Notes: generated from the sequence alone by a model not told the origin. Positions 20,828-31,158 are shown, counted from the first letter of the stretch. The stretch is 64,000 nt of DNA from Limnochordia bacterium (GCA_050951545.1 JBMNJG010000010.1:19696-83695); one strand, 5' to 3'. A program made the numbers and translations.

Positions 20828-20854
20828 CTTCCCTATATATGAAGAAACTCCTTT
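20828..20854 (-). promoter_or_regulatory. sigmaH-like promoter
   Basis: Minus strand AAAGGAGTT-N11-AGGGAAG upstream of the isomerase. Confidence 0.35.
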
Positions 20855-20908
20855 TCGCAGATGAGCCTGCCTACACGCTGTCTTTTGTTTCCGCACGCTT
20901 ACCCCAAA

Positions 20909-20935
20909 GCAGGAAAAACCGCTTCCGAAGCGAAT
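20909..20935 (+). promoter_or_regulatory. sigmaH-like promoter
   Basis: GCAGGAAAA-N11-AGCGAAT upstream of the RpiR gene. Confidence 0.55.
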
Positions 20936-21046
20936 TTGCCCTCTGCAAGAGAGTACGCGTGTCGGCAGCCAACAACACACCAGAATCCAGGCCGCCAGTA
21001 TGTCCGCACAGCGTAACACGATTCTCTAGCAGGGGAGCAGCCGAAC

Positions 21047-21916
21047 ATGCCAACCAAACCACTACCAGCAGCAGAGACGACCGCTTTACTACGTATTCAG
21101 TCAGTCCGGAAAGAGTTGGCGGATGCCGAGGGACGCGTCGCCAACTTCATCTGCCAAAACCCCCGGAGTGTTATCAGAATGGCGATTACCGAACTGGCCG
21201 CCCGCTGCGAGACCAGTGAAGCCACTGTGATGCGCATGTGCCGCAAAACTGGCTTCCAGGGCTTTCAAGACCTCAAGATCACCTTGGCCCAGGATCTGGT
21301 ATCGCCGGTTGAGACCATTCAGCAAGGGCTTCAAGAAGGCGATACCCCCGATACCGTGGTGGATAAGACATTCCGCTCCCTGATCGAGACCCTAGAACAC
21401 ACCCGCCGCCTGCTACAAATAGACGCCTTTGAGACAATCACCAGGATCCTGCGCGAGGCCCGTCAGATCGACATCTACGGCTCCGGCAACTCAGCTGCTG
21501 TTGCTCGCGATTTCCAGCACAAACTGCGACGGTTGGGCCTACAAGCCACGGCCTACGAAGACTCCCATATGCAAATTATCTCGGCGACAGCCCTGCAGGC
21601 CGAGGATGTGGCCGTTGGGGTGTCGCAAAGTGGCAACTCCCAGTGCGTGGTCGAGGCTATCCGCATTGCCAAGAGCCAAGGTGCCACTACCGTGGCCCTG
21701 ACGAGCTACGGCAACTCCCATCTGGCCACTGACTGCGACTACTGCTTGCTATCGGCCCCCGAAAGCGATAGCTTCCCTGTAGTCGGTATGAGGTCCCGTA
21801 TCGCCCAGTTGGCGATTATCGCGGCTCTACATGCGAACTTGGCCCTCGGCGACATGGAACGCTTCATTCCTCAGCTGCGCAATATGGAGCGCGAGATCTC
21901 CCGCACCAAGTTGTGA
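21047..21916 (+). CDS. MurR/RpiR-family transcriptional regulator
   Basis: ITELAARCETSEATVMRMCRKTGFQGFQDLK HTH; SIS domain YGSGNS, GVSQSG. Confidence 0.9.
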   Translation: MPTKPLPAAETTALLRIQSVRKELADAEGRVANFICQNPRSVIRMAITELAARCETSEATVMRMCRKTGFQGFQDLKITLAQDLVSPVETIQQGLQEGDTPDTVVDKTFRSLIETLEHTRRLLQIDAFETITRILREARQIDIYGSGNSAAVARDFQHKLRRLGLQATAYEDSHMQIISATALQAEDVAVGVSQSGNSQCVVEAIRIAKSQGATTVALTSYGNSHLATDCDYCLLSAPESDSFPVVGMRSRIAQLAIIAALHANLALGDMERFIPQLRNMEREISRTKL

Positions 21917-21919
21917 ACG

Positions 21920-23446
21920 TCACTTGCAGGCCAGCACATCAGACAACCTCCTGTAGGTGCCTGCCAAGTTGTCGTGCGCTTCCTTGTAGATGTCAAAGAG
22001 TGCGGCATAGCGGTGGTGGTTCTCCATATTCGGGACCATGTGGTTCGCCATCCTGACACATTGCGTGGCGGCCATAGCTACGTCCCGAAACACCCCTATG
22101 CCGACCCCGGCCAAAATGGCTCCGCCATACGATGAGTCTGCGGTGACGGGCTCTGACAAAGGTCGGCCGAGAACATCACTCATGATCTGACGCCACAGAG
22201 GGCTTCGGGCGCCACCGCCGATGATGCGCAGATCCTGCGGCTCCAGGCCCACTTCCTTGAAGACCGAGAGAGAGTCGAGAAGTGAAAAGGCCACTCCCTC
22301 GAGTACGGCACGAGCAAAATGCGCTCGAGTGTGACGCATCGTAATGCCTATGAAATCACCCTTTAGGTAGGGATCGCCGTACGGTGACAGCTCACCTAAC
22401 AGGTAGGGGTGAAAGACAAGGCCCTCCGCCCCCATAGGCACCTGGGCCGCTTCTTCATCAATCATCTCATAGATGCTCGTGCCGGAATCTCGGGCCAGCG
22501 CGTACTCGTGGCTATAGAAGGCATCCCTCAGCCATCTAAAGGAAGAGGCACAGGACTTGGTACCTGTCCCTGGATACCACTTCCCGGGCACCACGTGCGG
22601 GTAGTTGAACAGATGCGGGTGAGCACAGGCCCGGTCTGTAATCACGCATATCCGGCCCGCTGTGGCTAGCTTGATCGTGCTTTGTCCCGTCTTTGCTGCC
22701 CCAGCCGCAAAAACCTCCAGTGCCGTGTCAGTGGCACCAGCGATGACCGGAGTGCCTTGTTGAAGACCTGTCATCTGTGCAGCCTGCTGTGTCACCTGAC
22801 CCACCACCTCGGCAGGCGCTACAACGGGCGGCAGTTTCTCAACAGGAAGGCCCAACAGACCACAAAGCTCCTCTGACCAGCACTCCCTGCGGGCATCGAA
22901 CAGCATAGAGCCCAAGGCTTCAATGGAATCCGTGACATATGTACCTGTAAGCCGCCAGCGTACGTAGTCCTTGGCAAACAGAACGAAGGCTACCTTCTTC
23001 CATACCTCTGGCTCGTGCTCCTTAATCCACAGTAGTTGCGGGAGGGTCCACACCGGGTCAACTCTGTTATGGGTGATCTCGAGGATACTCTTCCCGTACT
23101 CGCGCTCCAGTCTCTCCGCCTGAGGGGCACTTCTCTGGTCGGTCCACAGTATGGCCCGCCTGAGAACGCGGAAATCGCCATCCAATAGCACAGCGGTATG
23201 CGTAGGAGCACTCAAACAGATCGCAGCAATCTCCGAGACAGGCCAGTCACATCGTTTCATCTCCGAAACCGCATCACACAAAGCGTGATACCAATCATCT
23301 GGCTTCTGCTCTGCCCATCCTGCCCGCGGATAGTAGGTAGGATACTCGTGCGCTGCTGTGTAGACTGGCCGTCCCCGAAAGTCAATGAGCGTAGTCTTGC
23401 AGGCCCCGCTGCCAATGTCTATACCTAGCAGGTATCGCAAAGACAT
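21920..23446 (-). CDS. FGGY-family carbohydrate kinase (xylulokinase-like)
   Basis: LLGIDIGSGACK, AILWTDQRS, FHPYLLGE, AVLEGVAF, GGGARSPLW. Confidence 0.85.
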   Translation of the reverse strand: MSLRYLLGIDIGSGACKTTLIDFRGRPVYTAAHEYPTYYPRAGWAEQKPDDWYHALCDAVSEMKRCDWPVSEIAAICLSAPTHTAVLLDGDFRVLRRAILWTDQRSAPQAERLEREYGKSILEITHNRVDPVWTLPQLLWIKEHEPEVWKKVAFVLFAKDYVRWRLTGTYVTDSIEALGSMLFDARRECWSEELCGLLGLPVEKLPPVVAPAEVVGQVTQQAAQMTGLQQGTPVIAGATDTALEVFAAGAAKTGQSTIKLATAGRICVITDRACAHPHLFNYPHVVPGKWYPGTGTKSCASSFRWLRDAFYSHEYALARDSGTSIYEMIDEEAAQVPMGAEGLVFHPYLLGELSPYGDPYLKGDFIGITMRHTRAHFARAVLEGVAFSLLDSLSVFKEVGLEPQDLRIIGGGARSPLWRQIMSDVLGRPLSEPVTADSSYGGAILAGVGIGVFRDVAMAATQCVRMANHMVPNMENHHRYAALFDIYKEAHDNLAGTYRRLSDVLACK

Positions 23447-23476
23447 GCTGTCACCTCGCTTTCCCGACCAGGGACG

Positions 23477-24265
23477 CTAGCAGTTGGTCACCCAAGCGTA
23501 CCGGGGCTCGGGCCTGGAGAGAAACAGCCGCTTCTCGCCAGCCATGACCCACAGGATGTATAGTGCATTCCCTGGAGATGCCGCTGCCGGATGGTATCCT
23601 CTGGGAACGATCACAGTGTCATCCTGTCGTACGATGTAACTCTCATCGAGTGAGCGATCGTCCGAGTACACCATCTGAACCCCGAACCCGTCAGACGGTC
23701 TCGTGCGGAAGAAATACACCTCTTCCATATCGACCTCGTTGGGAGGATCATCCACATCATGGCAGTGAGGGGGGAATGTCCATTGGCCGGGTGCCAGAAT
23801 CGTCTCACCGATATACAGGTTCTTAGCAGCAATTCTCGCATCAACAATGAAGTAGGCGTCGCGCTGCCACAGCGAGTGCCCCAGACTCTTGTGGATCACG
23901 TCATCCGAGGCTATCAGCGTGGCCTCTACCTGAGCATCGGAAGGAGCCGTGCATACGGCCACCTCTACCCAGTCTTTTGCTTTCACCTCAAACGCGGTAC
24001 CAGAGGGTAGATACACTGCGTAAGGCTTGCCCCCAAACACCGACTGCCGTTCTCCGATCTCCGCAAAGCAGAAACCCTCTCCCTCGACTGTGCACGTGCC
24101 ACTAAGCAACACAAGGCCTGTTTCCCTGTCACCCGTATGACCATGGTATGATCCGTTCTCCCCCAAGCGAAGCAGGCCAAAACCGATCTTCTTCATGTCC
24201 TTTTTCTCAGTATCGACGATGGGTACATAGCCGTCTTGCCGCTCGTAGCGTCGAAGAAGGATCAT
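23477..24265 (-). CDS. KduI/IolB-family isomerase (5-deoxy-glucuronate isomerase-like)
   Basis: ETGLVLLSG, RQSVF, PPHCHD, EEVYFFR, VPRGYHP, YILWVMAG. Confidence 0.8.
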   Translation of the reverse strand: MILLRRYERQDGYVPIVDTEKKDMKKIGFGLLRLGENGSYHGHTGDRETGLVLLSGTCTVEGEGFCFAEIGERQSVFGGKPYAVYLPSGTAFEVKAKDWVEVAVCTAPSDAQVEATLIASDDVIHKSLGHSLWQRDAYFIVDARIAAKNLYIGETILAPGQWTFPPHCHDVDDPPNEVDMEEVYFFRTRPSDGFGVQMVYSDDRSLDESYIVRQDDTVIVPRGYHPAAASPGNALYILWVMAGEKRLFLSRPEPRYAWVTNC

Positions 24266-24350
24266 TGCCTCTCCTCCCTACCTTTGGCGCTACAGCTGTG
24301 GCTTCCACAGACCAGTGCCACAGCTGTAGCGCCATTCTTGGTTTTGCACC

Positions 24351-25811
24351 CTACAGAGGCCGCGTTGGAAAGGGAAAGCCCAGCTTCCCCGGATTCATGA
24401 TCCCATTGGGATCAAGCGCCTCCTTGAGGTGGGTCAACACATTGAAAGCTGGGCCGTACTGTTTTTCCATGAACGATGCCAGCTTCAGCCCGATACCATG
24501 GTGTTCATTAATCATGCCGCCAGCTTTCAGTGCTGCTTCGATACCGATATGCCACACCCGATTGTACAGGCGGATAGCCTCCGCGGCATCTTCAGGAGGT
24601 TCCTTGATCACAAAGCGGTCATACATCATGCAGCCCCACTCGTACCAATGAGAGAAGTGGGCCATGAAGGTGATATCCGGCGAAATCGCCTCGACCGCAT
24701 CCTTCATCGCATGGTACACGTCCTCTATGGCATCATAGGTCGCCACCGTATCCATGGTGCCGAAGGCCTCAGGCAGATCCAGTGTGTGCGGCGGGTAGTA
24801 GAAATCAAGCTGGTGATCCCACCAGTGCTGTCCCGGCTCTTCACCCAGATCTTGTGCCCCCAGTTCGGTACATATCTCGTGGGTGCGTTGCAGTGCGAAC
24901 TCAACCGGGACCTTGTAGCCTTCGTAGCCCACCACCATGTAGGCGCCGTCTACATCGATCCCTAACACACGCTTAACCACCTTATGCGTCTCTAGCTCAT
25001 CGTACAGCCGAATGGTCGATGGCCCCAGCCTCGCAACCATCAGCCTGCGTCCGGCCTCTAGCCCAGCACTCAACGTATCGAAAAGATAGGCCCGGAAGTG
25101 GCGAGCCTCCGGTTGTGGATGTACCTTCATCGTAGCCTCAGTGATCACGCCGAGCGTCCCTTCCGAGCCTACGAAAAGCTGCGTGAGATCAGGGCCAGCT
25201 GCGTGCCGCGGGACAGGAGCGGTGCGAATGATCTCACCAGTCGGTAGCACGACTTCAAGAGACAAGACCATGTCCTCGATCTTCCCATACTTTGTCGAAA
25301 GCACGCCCGTGCCTCGGTGGGCCAGAAAGCCCCCCAGCGTAGCGCTTCGAATGGAAGCTGCGAAGTGCATCATGCTGTAATTCCGCTGCTGCAGCCACGT
25401 CTCTAGGGTCTGCTGAATGATCCCGGTCTGCGCTGTCACCGTAAGAGACTGCTCATCGAAGCGGACGATGGAATTAAGCCTCTTTAGATCGAGCACAATG
25501 CCGCCCTGGACAGGTAGGGCTCCCCCTTGAGAGCCAGAGCCGCCTCCCCATGGCGTTACAGGCAACCGATAGTGGTTAGCAATACGCAGCACGTCCGCCA
25601 CTTCTTGCGTCGAACGCGGTTTGACGATCCATTGCGGCTTGGGCATGGGCATGTCTCTGTCGAACCAAAGACGGGGAACCCAGTAGTAGTCGACGGCGTA
25701 GCAGAGGCAGTCGGCATCCACGGAACGAAAGCCGTCTGGACCCACGACACTCTCCAGCTCAGCTTCGAGAATCGGTTGTAGGTAGCTATGAGGCGACTGA
25801 GCGTTCATCAT
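24351..25811 (-). CDS. FAD-binding oxidoreductase (VAO/alkyl-DHAP-synthase-like)
   Basis: PWGGGSGSQGG, STKYGKIED, GPDLTQLFVGSEGTLGVIT, EHHGIG, LDPNGIMNPGK; ATG overlaps the upstream stop. Confidence 0.85.
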   Translation of the reverse strand: MMNAQSPHSYLQPILEAELESVVGPDGFRSVDADCLCYAVDYYWVPRLWFDRDMPMPKPQWIVKPRSTQEVADVLRIANHYRLPVTPWGGGSGSQGGALPVQGGIVLDLKRLNSIVRFDEQSLTVTAQTGIIQQTLETWLQQRNYSMMHFAASIRSATLGGFLAHRGTGVLSTKYGKIEDMVLSLEVVLPTGEIIRTAPVPRHAAGPDLTQLFVGSEGTLGVITEATMKVHPQPEARHFRAYLFDTLSAGLEAGRRLMVARLGPSTIRLYDELETHKVVKRVLGIDVDGAYMVVGYEGYKVPVEFALQRTHEICTELGAQDLGEEPGQHWWDHQLDFYYPPHTLDLPEAFGTMDTVATYDAIEDVYHAMKDAVEAISPDITFMAHFSHWYEWGCMMYDRFVIKEPPEDAAEAIRLYNRVWHIGIEAALKAGGMINEHHGIGLKLASFMEKQYGPAFNVLTHLKEALDPNGIMNPGKLGFPFPTRPL

Positions 25812-26947
25812 GATCCAACACCTTCCACATCTTTTGTGATCTTCCCAGCCGCCAACTCTGCCAAGTGCCACACTTGAACTGGAGATGCCAGGGCCTTCTG
25901 TGCGGCGAGGAGATGGCTGGCGCAGCGAGCGCACGCCGTCACGATGCAAGGCGTCGCCTCATGATCTGCCGCCGTTTCCAGTGCCGCATCAAACAGCCTC
26001 TCGGCAGCTCCCATGGCGATGTCAGAACGCAGCAGCGGCAGCGCGCCCGTGGCTCCGCATGCGTAGGCCTGCTCACGGCAGAGGGGGAATTCCTGCCACC
26101 GCTTTGGCAGTAGCTGATCCAACACAGCGCGTGGTGTATCGTGCATGACGCTCAGCCGTGCCAAGCTAGCATCGTCATGGTAGAGCCATAGCCGACCCTC
26201 AACCGCACTGTCGGGCAAGGGGTTCACTGACAGCCCTTTCAGCCATGTGGCCACGTGAATGATTTCCACACCCTCCGGCCAGCTGATACCCCACCGCGGA
26301 TAGCGACGCAGAAACGTGTCATAGCATTGCGAACAAGCGGTCACAACCCGCTTGGCGCCGCTCGCCTTTAGACGCTCCACATACTGCTGCGCCGAGGCGA
26401 CTGCGTCATCCACATAGCCTAGATCAGCGAGCACATGCTCGCACATCGGCGCAGACTCCATTACCGAAAACGCCACCCCGTGCTGCTCGGCCAGAGACTG
26501 CAAGGCCTCCACAGTGCTGGCTGCAGCCTCAGGTGTAAGCAATCCCCCGGCATCAAAGACTACCTCACCAAGGTCAGGGTGGTAGCGTTGCACCTTGGAC
26601 GTACCATCTAGAGCAGGTCCGTCGACAACTGCCGCTGCGCGAGCCTTCAACACTGCTTGGGGCTGCATCTGCCGCTGTACGAACTCCTGCCGTATCGTCA
26701 ATATCGCCTCGGGCAAATCCCGCTCTGAGGCACAGGTAGCCTTGCATAGTCCACATTGCGTGCAGGCATAGAGAGCTTCCGGCCCACCTGCTGGCAGGCT
26801 GCCTCGCCTGTACCAGCGGTCTGCTAGCAAAGCAAAGCCGCGCGACGTATGCGACTCCAGCCCTGTCACCACCCCGGCCGTGCATACATCACGACACATA
26901 GGGCAAAACCGGCAGTCTTCGACTATCTGTCTCGCCGTTTCGCTCAC
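25808..26947 (-). CDS. Fe-S/CCG-domain protein (GlpC/GlcF-like)
   Basis: CRFCPMCRDVC and CTQCGLCKATC ferredoxin motifs; VTACSQC and VTACARC degenerate CCG domains. Confidence 0.8.
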   Translation of the reverse strand: MSETARQIVEDCRFCPMCRDVCTAGVVTGLESHTSRGFALLADRWYRRGSLPAGGPEALYACTQCGLCKATCASERDLPEAILTIRQEFVQRQMQPQAVLKARAAAVVDGPALDGTSKVQRYHPDLGEVVFDAGGLLTPEAAASTVEALQSLAEQHGVAFSVMESAPMCEHVLADLGYVDDAVASAQQYVERLKASGAKRVVTACSQCYDTFLRRYPRWGISWPEGVEIIHVATWLKGLSVNPLPDSAVEGRLWLYHDDASLARLSVMHDTPRAVLDQLLPKRWQEFPLCREQAYACGATGALPLLRSDIAMGAAERLFDAALETAADHEATPCIVTACARCASHLLAAQKALASPVQVWHLAELAAGKITKDVEGVGS

Positions 26948-27813
26948 AACATCACCCCTCGTTCCAGAGATCGCTCCCGCTCAAGGGCGCGAAGGAAATC
27001 CACAGCTTGCTGTACCTGGGCTACCTTGTCACCGCGCTTCTCTCGCTCAATGGCTATGTAGCCGTCGAACCCGTGCATATCCAGCAGGTCGAAGAAGCGG
27101 TTCCAGCGCACCCACCCCTCGCCCAGAGGTACCTCGCAGGCCTCGCCAGCTGCATCCACCAAGGCATCCTTGGCATGCACATGAACGATGTACTGTCCGA
27201 GAGCATTCACACCTTCTGTCGGGATAAAGCTCTCCAATGCCTCCCGCTCGCAGTAATCACTGCCGCTTCTCTTGGCTAGCAATACGGGCCAGATGACGAA
27301 GTTCGCTGGGTCATAGTTAATCCTTAGCCCTGGGCAAGAGGCCTCTTCGACAAACGATCTCAACACAAACGGCGACTCCGGACCCGTTTCAATAGCCATA
27401 GTCACCCCGTGGTCGCTCGCGATCTGCGCTGCGGCGGACACAGAGGCCAGCATATGCGCACGCACCGGATCGGACGGGTTCTCAGGTACGACCCCAATAT
27501 GTGATATCCAGAATGGAGCGCCCAGATCAGCCGCCAGTTGGACGACCTCCCTAGTTCGTGTCAGCAGTGCCTTGCGGCGCTCTGGGTCTTCATACACGAA
27601 TTCTGGCCCACCCGCGCCCGCTGCAGTGATCTTCAGACCCAATCCGGCAATGGTCTCCTTCAGTCGCTGGCGAGCGTCTGAATCCAGCATCTCTGGGGAA
27701 TGTGGACCCGAACCAACTGTAAGCTGCACGCCGTCTAGGCCCATCTTTTGGGCCAGGGGGAGTGCTTCTTCAGGGGGTAGATTGAAGTTTTGCAGCCTCA
27801 CCGAGAGTTTCAT
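26944..27813 (-). CDS. Sugar phosphate isomerase/epimerase (xylose-isomerase-like TIM barrel)
   Basis: AIETGPE, INYDPANF, HVHAKD, VPLGEG, IAIERE. Confidence 0.85.
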   Translation of the reverse strand: MKLSVRLQNFNLPPEEALPLAQKMGLDGVQLTVGSGPHSPEMLDSDARQRLKETIAGLGLKITAAGAGGPEFVYEDPERRKALLTRTREVVQLAADLGAPFWISHIGVVPENPSDPVRAHMLASVSAAAQIASDHGVTMAIETGPESPFVLRSFVEEASCPGLRINYDPANFVIWPVLLAKRSGSDYCEREALESFIPTEGVNALGQYIVHVHAKDALVDAAGEACEVPLGEGWVRWNRFFDLLDMHGFDGYIAIEREKRGDKVAQVQQAVDFLRALERERSLERGVML

Positions 27814-27874
27814 GTGTGTGTTCGCTCCTTTGCGCATCCGTCAAGCCCTTTGACGCGGCCTGCCGTAAAAGACA

Positions 27875-29095
27875 TCAAGAGGAAGATCCGGCATAGACCA
27901 CCACGCCCCCAACCACCGTTGCCCGCACGTGCAGATCGGGTGAAAGAACGACTAGGTCGCCATCCTTGCCCACATCCAGCGAACCCTTGCGGTGATCTAT
28001 GCCGATTAGAGTGGCTGGCGTGAGGGACGCTGTAGTAATAGCTTCGATTATTCCAAGACCACCGTGGCCCACCACTTCTCGTACCAACTGACTCATGGTA
28101 GCGACACTTCCTGCGAACTTCGTTCGATCTGGCAGTTTGGCTACGCCGTCCTCTACAAGCACTGTCAGATCACCAAGATTGTAGATGCCAGGAGGCATAC
28201 CTACAGCTCGCATCCCATCGGTCACCAGGCAGCAGTTCGTAACCCCTTTTCGTCGGATCACCAGGGCTGCCATCTCACCTGACAGGTGATGCCCATCCGC
28301 GATCAACTCTGCCGTGAGATCATCGTAGATCAGCGCGTACTCGTTGATGCCCAGACTCTTCTTGCCCCGCACGTTGAGCATTCCTGAGGTGCACGAAAAA
28401 AGGTGCGTTACATGCCTACAACCCGCCCCCATAGCCTTGACAACCGTATGCCCTACGGCGTTGCTGTGACCCATGGCTATGTGCCAGCCCCGTCGTGCAG
28501 CAGCCTGGATGAGCTCCAAAGCACCAGGTAATTCCGGAGCCACGGTGATGCGCTTCACACCTGCTCCTCTCTCGAGAAGCTCATCGTAGGGCATGTCTTG
28601 CGGATCGCGCCGGGCATTCGGATCATGAGCGCCAATCTGGTCAGGTGCCAAAAAAGGCCCCTCAATATGGAAGCCTACCAGTTCAGCACCACCTGTTTCC
28701 TTGTTGGTCATCTGCGCCGCCGCATCCACCACATCCAACATGCGTTCCCAAGGGGTAGTCACGGTGCTTCCGACGAAGGAGGTCGTGCCACCAGACGCAT
28801 GGCATTGCGCGATTTTCCTAAAGGCATCGGGTGTGGCGTCCATGAAATCGGCCCCACCGCCACCATGGAGGTGGATATCTACAAAACCGGGGGCAACGTA
28901 ACCTCCACCAGCGTCCAGCTCCTGGCTCTGTGGTGGCAATGCAGGTGCCTGGTCAGTAGGGCCTACCCAGGCGATGCGCCCGTCGGCAACCAAGACAGCG
29001 CCGTTAGGCATGATCACTCGGGGCGTGACCAACGTGCCATTTCGAATGAAAAGAACCGATGACCCGTCCAAGACAAAGACCTCCCTGTTGGTCAA
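27875..29095 (-). CDS. nagA: N-acetylglucosamine-6-phosphate deacetylase
   Basis: PGFVDIHLHGGGG, HIEGPF, TVAPE, GHSNA, THLFS, LIADGHH, LVTDGM, AGSVAT. Confidence 0.85.
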   Translation of the reverse strand: MTNREVFVLDGSSVLFIRNGTLVTPRVIMPNGAVLVADGRIAWVGPTDQAPALPPQSQELDAGGGYVAPGFVDIHLHGGGGADFMDATPDAFRKIAQCHASGGTTSFVGSTVTTPWERMLDVVDAAAQMTNKETGGAELVGFHIEGPFLAPDQIGAHDPNARRDPQDMPYDELLERGAGVKRITVAPELPGALELIQAAARRGWHIAMGHSNAVGHTVVKAMGAGCRHVTHLFSCTSGMLNVRGKKSLGINEYALIYDDLTAELIADGHHLSGEMAALVIRRKGVTNCCLVTDGMRAVGMPPGIYNLGDLTVLVEDGVAKLPDRTKFAGSVATMSQLVREVVGHGGLGIIEAITTASLTPATLIGIDHRKGSLDVGKDGDLVVLSPDLHVRATVVGGVVVYAGSSS

Positions 29096-29108
29096 GATTC
29101 GCCATTTC

Positions 29109-29975
29109 TCATGGCCATCGTCGTACTAGTCCGAAAGGGTCAAGGGCTCCTCTGCCACCTCTGGCGTGATCACACACGTGAACATCGGGGTGGCGCTGGA
29201 GCAGAGACGCTGGCACCTGCGGCGTTACTGGACCATGAATCCAGCGTCGGGCGACGGCTGCCTGCCAGCCTCGGTTCAGATAGATGCGGACGCTACGAGC
29301 GGCCAGAATCTCCTTCATACCAACGGTAATAGCCCAGCGGGGCATGGCCTCAAGGTTGCCTCTGGCCGCAGACATCCCATTAACGACCCGCGTGCGATAA
29401 TCTAGCTCCACAACCCGTGTAGGAAGAGCGGCGAATTGCTCTACGGTCATTCCCAGTGAGGGATCGGGAGGTTCGTTGAAAGCCACATGCCCGTTAATGC
29501 CAATGCCCCCAAAACAGATATCTACTCCGCCCAGCTCTGCGATACGGGCACCGATGCTGTCTGGGGAGCTCGGATGGGGCAACAGCCTGTTCTCCCTGGC
29601 CACCTGCTTATCGGGATCGAGAAGGTTGAAAAACTCCTCGTCCATGAAGCGACGGAAGCTCAAGGGATGCGAGTAACTGATGTAATCGCTTCCCTCTCGG
29701 TTCAGGTATTCATCCATGTTGATGCAAACCACATCCCGGCACGACACGCCTTCCACGTTGCACAGCCTAGCCAACCTGCGATACTGATCTCTGGGGCCCA
29801 CGGGCAGGATGAAAACAGGCGGTTGGCCTTTTTCCAAACCATCCACAATAGCATTAAACATCACACGAGCCATGTCGTGATAGAGGTCAGTCTCGCTTTC
29901 CACTGTTTCCACTTTGATTTGGGTACCCCGTCCCAATTGGTCTCCAGGGATCTTCATGAACTCCTCGTCTGTCAT
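29109..29975 (-). CDS. Glucosamine-6-phosphate isomerase/deaminase-like; probable frameshift near the 3' end
   Basis: ILPVGP, NMDEY, GGIGINGHVAFNEP, AITVGMKEIL, PASLLQRHP. Removing one base near 29175 gives the tail VITPEVAEEPLTLSD*. Confidence 0.8.
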   Translation of the reverse strand: MTDEEFMKIPGDQLGRGTQIKVETVESETDLYHDMARVMFNAIVDGLEKGQPPVFILPVGPRDQYRRLARLCNVEGVSCRDVVCINMDEYLNREGSDYISYSHPLSFRRFMDEEFFNLLDPDKQVARENRLLPHPSSPDSIGARIAELGGVDICFGGIGINGHVAFNEPPDPSLGMTVEQFAALPTRVVELDYRTRVVNGMSAARGNLEAMPRWAITVGMKEILAARSVRIYLNRGWQAAVARRWIHGPVTPQVPASLLQRHPDVHVCDHARGGRGALDPFGLVRRWP

Positions 29976-29992
29976 TTGCTCATGCCACCCTC

Positions 29993-31024
29993 CTAGGGAC
30001 GTATGATGGTCTGTCCAGATTCCCCTGCCTGCAGGATCGCCTCGGCCATAGCCAGACTCCCAACGCCAGCCTCGCTGTCAACCGGAGAAACACGGCCTTC
30101 CCGCACTGCGTCCACGAATGCCTGAATTTCGTCGCAATACATGTCGTTCTGCCTATATGGATACTGCTCTATCCCGGCCTCGCCCCCGTCGACCACAATG
30201 GCCCCCCAACCGTCATCCAAGGCTGGTAGCGTAGCGAAATCCGGACGAGCGTCACGACTGAAATACAGGGCTCCTTTGGGACCAATGATGTCGTTCGCAC
30301 TCGCCCCGCGTGCACCCAGCGGCAGTCCCCAAGACCAGGAGAGCACAAGATCGTCTCCGCTAACGAAGCGGACCAAGGCGCTACCTGTATCAGCCGCTGT
30401 AGCGTCCTCACGAAACGTCATGGTGCTGGCAGCTACCTGTTGTGCCTCACCGAACATATAGCGGGCGAAATCAAGATTATGGATCGCCCCGTCTACAATA
30501 GGACCGCCTCCCTGGTCCTTTTGAACAAACCATGACCAAGGCTGTGCGCCTCCCCGTATCGCAACCACAGAGCGCCATACCACCGGACGCCCCAAAACGC
30601 CTGCCTGCACCAGCTCTCTTACCTTCATCCACCCATTGTCAAAACGGCGACACAAGGCGATCATCAAGAGCACCCCAGCACGATCGGCTGCCTCCTGCAT
30701 GCGTTTGGCTGCAGGCACAGTTAGGCTCATCGGCTTCTCACAGAGAACATGCTTCCCTGCCTCTGCGGCCGCTACTGCCACCTCCTCGTGCACCCACGTG
30801 GGTGTGCACACATCTACCATATCGATGTCAGGTCGGTTCACTGCTGCCCGGTAGTCCTCGTACCAGTCGTCCATCTGATATGCGTCTTTCAGGGTCTTAG
30901 CCCTCTCCGGCACGATGTCCACAGCCACCACAGGCCTAGCACCGCGTACCTTGACGTACTTGGCCGCGTGCGTTTTACCCATACGACCAGATCCGACTAT
31001 CGCTACCCGCAATTCCTTCATCAA
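29993..31024 (-). CDS. Gfo/Idh/MocA-family oxidoreductase
   Basis: VAIVGSGRMG, VCTPT, GKHVLCEKP, GGGPIVDGAIH. Confidence 0.9.
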   Translation of the reverse strand: MMKELRVAIVGSGRMGKTHAAKYVKVRGARPVVAVDIVPERAKTLKDAYQMDDWYEDYRAAVNRPDIDMVDVCTPTWVHEEVAVAAAEAGKHVLCEKPMSLTVPAAKRMQEAADRAGVLLMIALCRRFDNGWMKVRELVQAGVLGRPVVWRSVVAIRGGAQPWSWFVQKDQGGGPIVDGAIHNLDFARYMFGEAQQVAASTMTFREDATAADTGSALVRFVSGDDLVLSWSWGLPLGARGASANDIIGPKGALYFSRDARPDFATLPALDDGWGAIVVDGGEAGIEQYPYRQNDMYCDEIQAFVDAVREGRVSPVDSEAGVGSLAMAEAILQAGESGQTIIRP

Positions 31025-31091
31025 TCGTCTACCCCCTTTCTACGGAAACCCACCAGGATTCAGACAACCACTCTCCCCCCTAGCTCCTCAC

Positions 31092-31118
31092 GTTCAACAG
31101 ATGGCGGAGGTTTCCTGC
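31092..31118 (-). promoter_or_regulatory. sigmaH-like promoter of the 21920-31024 operon
   Basis: Minus strand GCAGGAAAC-N11-GTTGAAC; identical boxes occur at 33869-33895. Confidence 0.5.
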
Positions 31119-31158
31119 CTCACTTAACGTCTTGCAGCGAAAAAAGTCTGCGTTGCTT

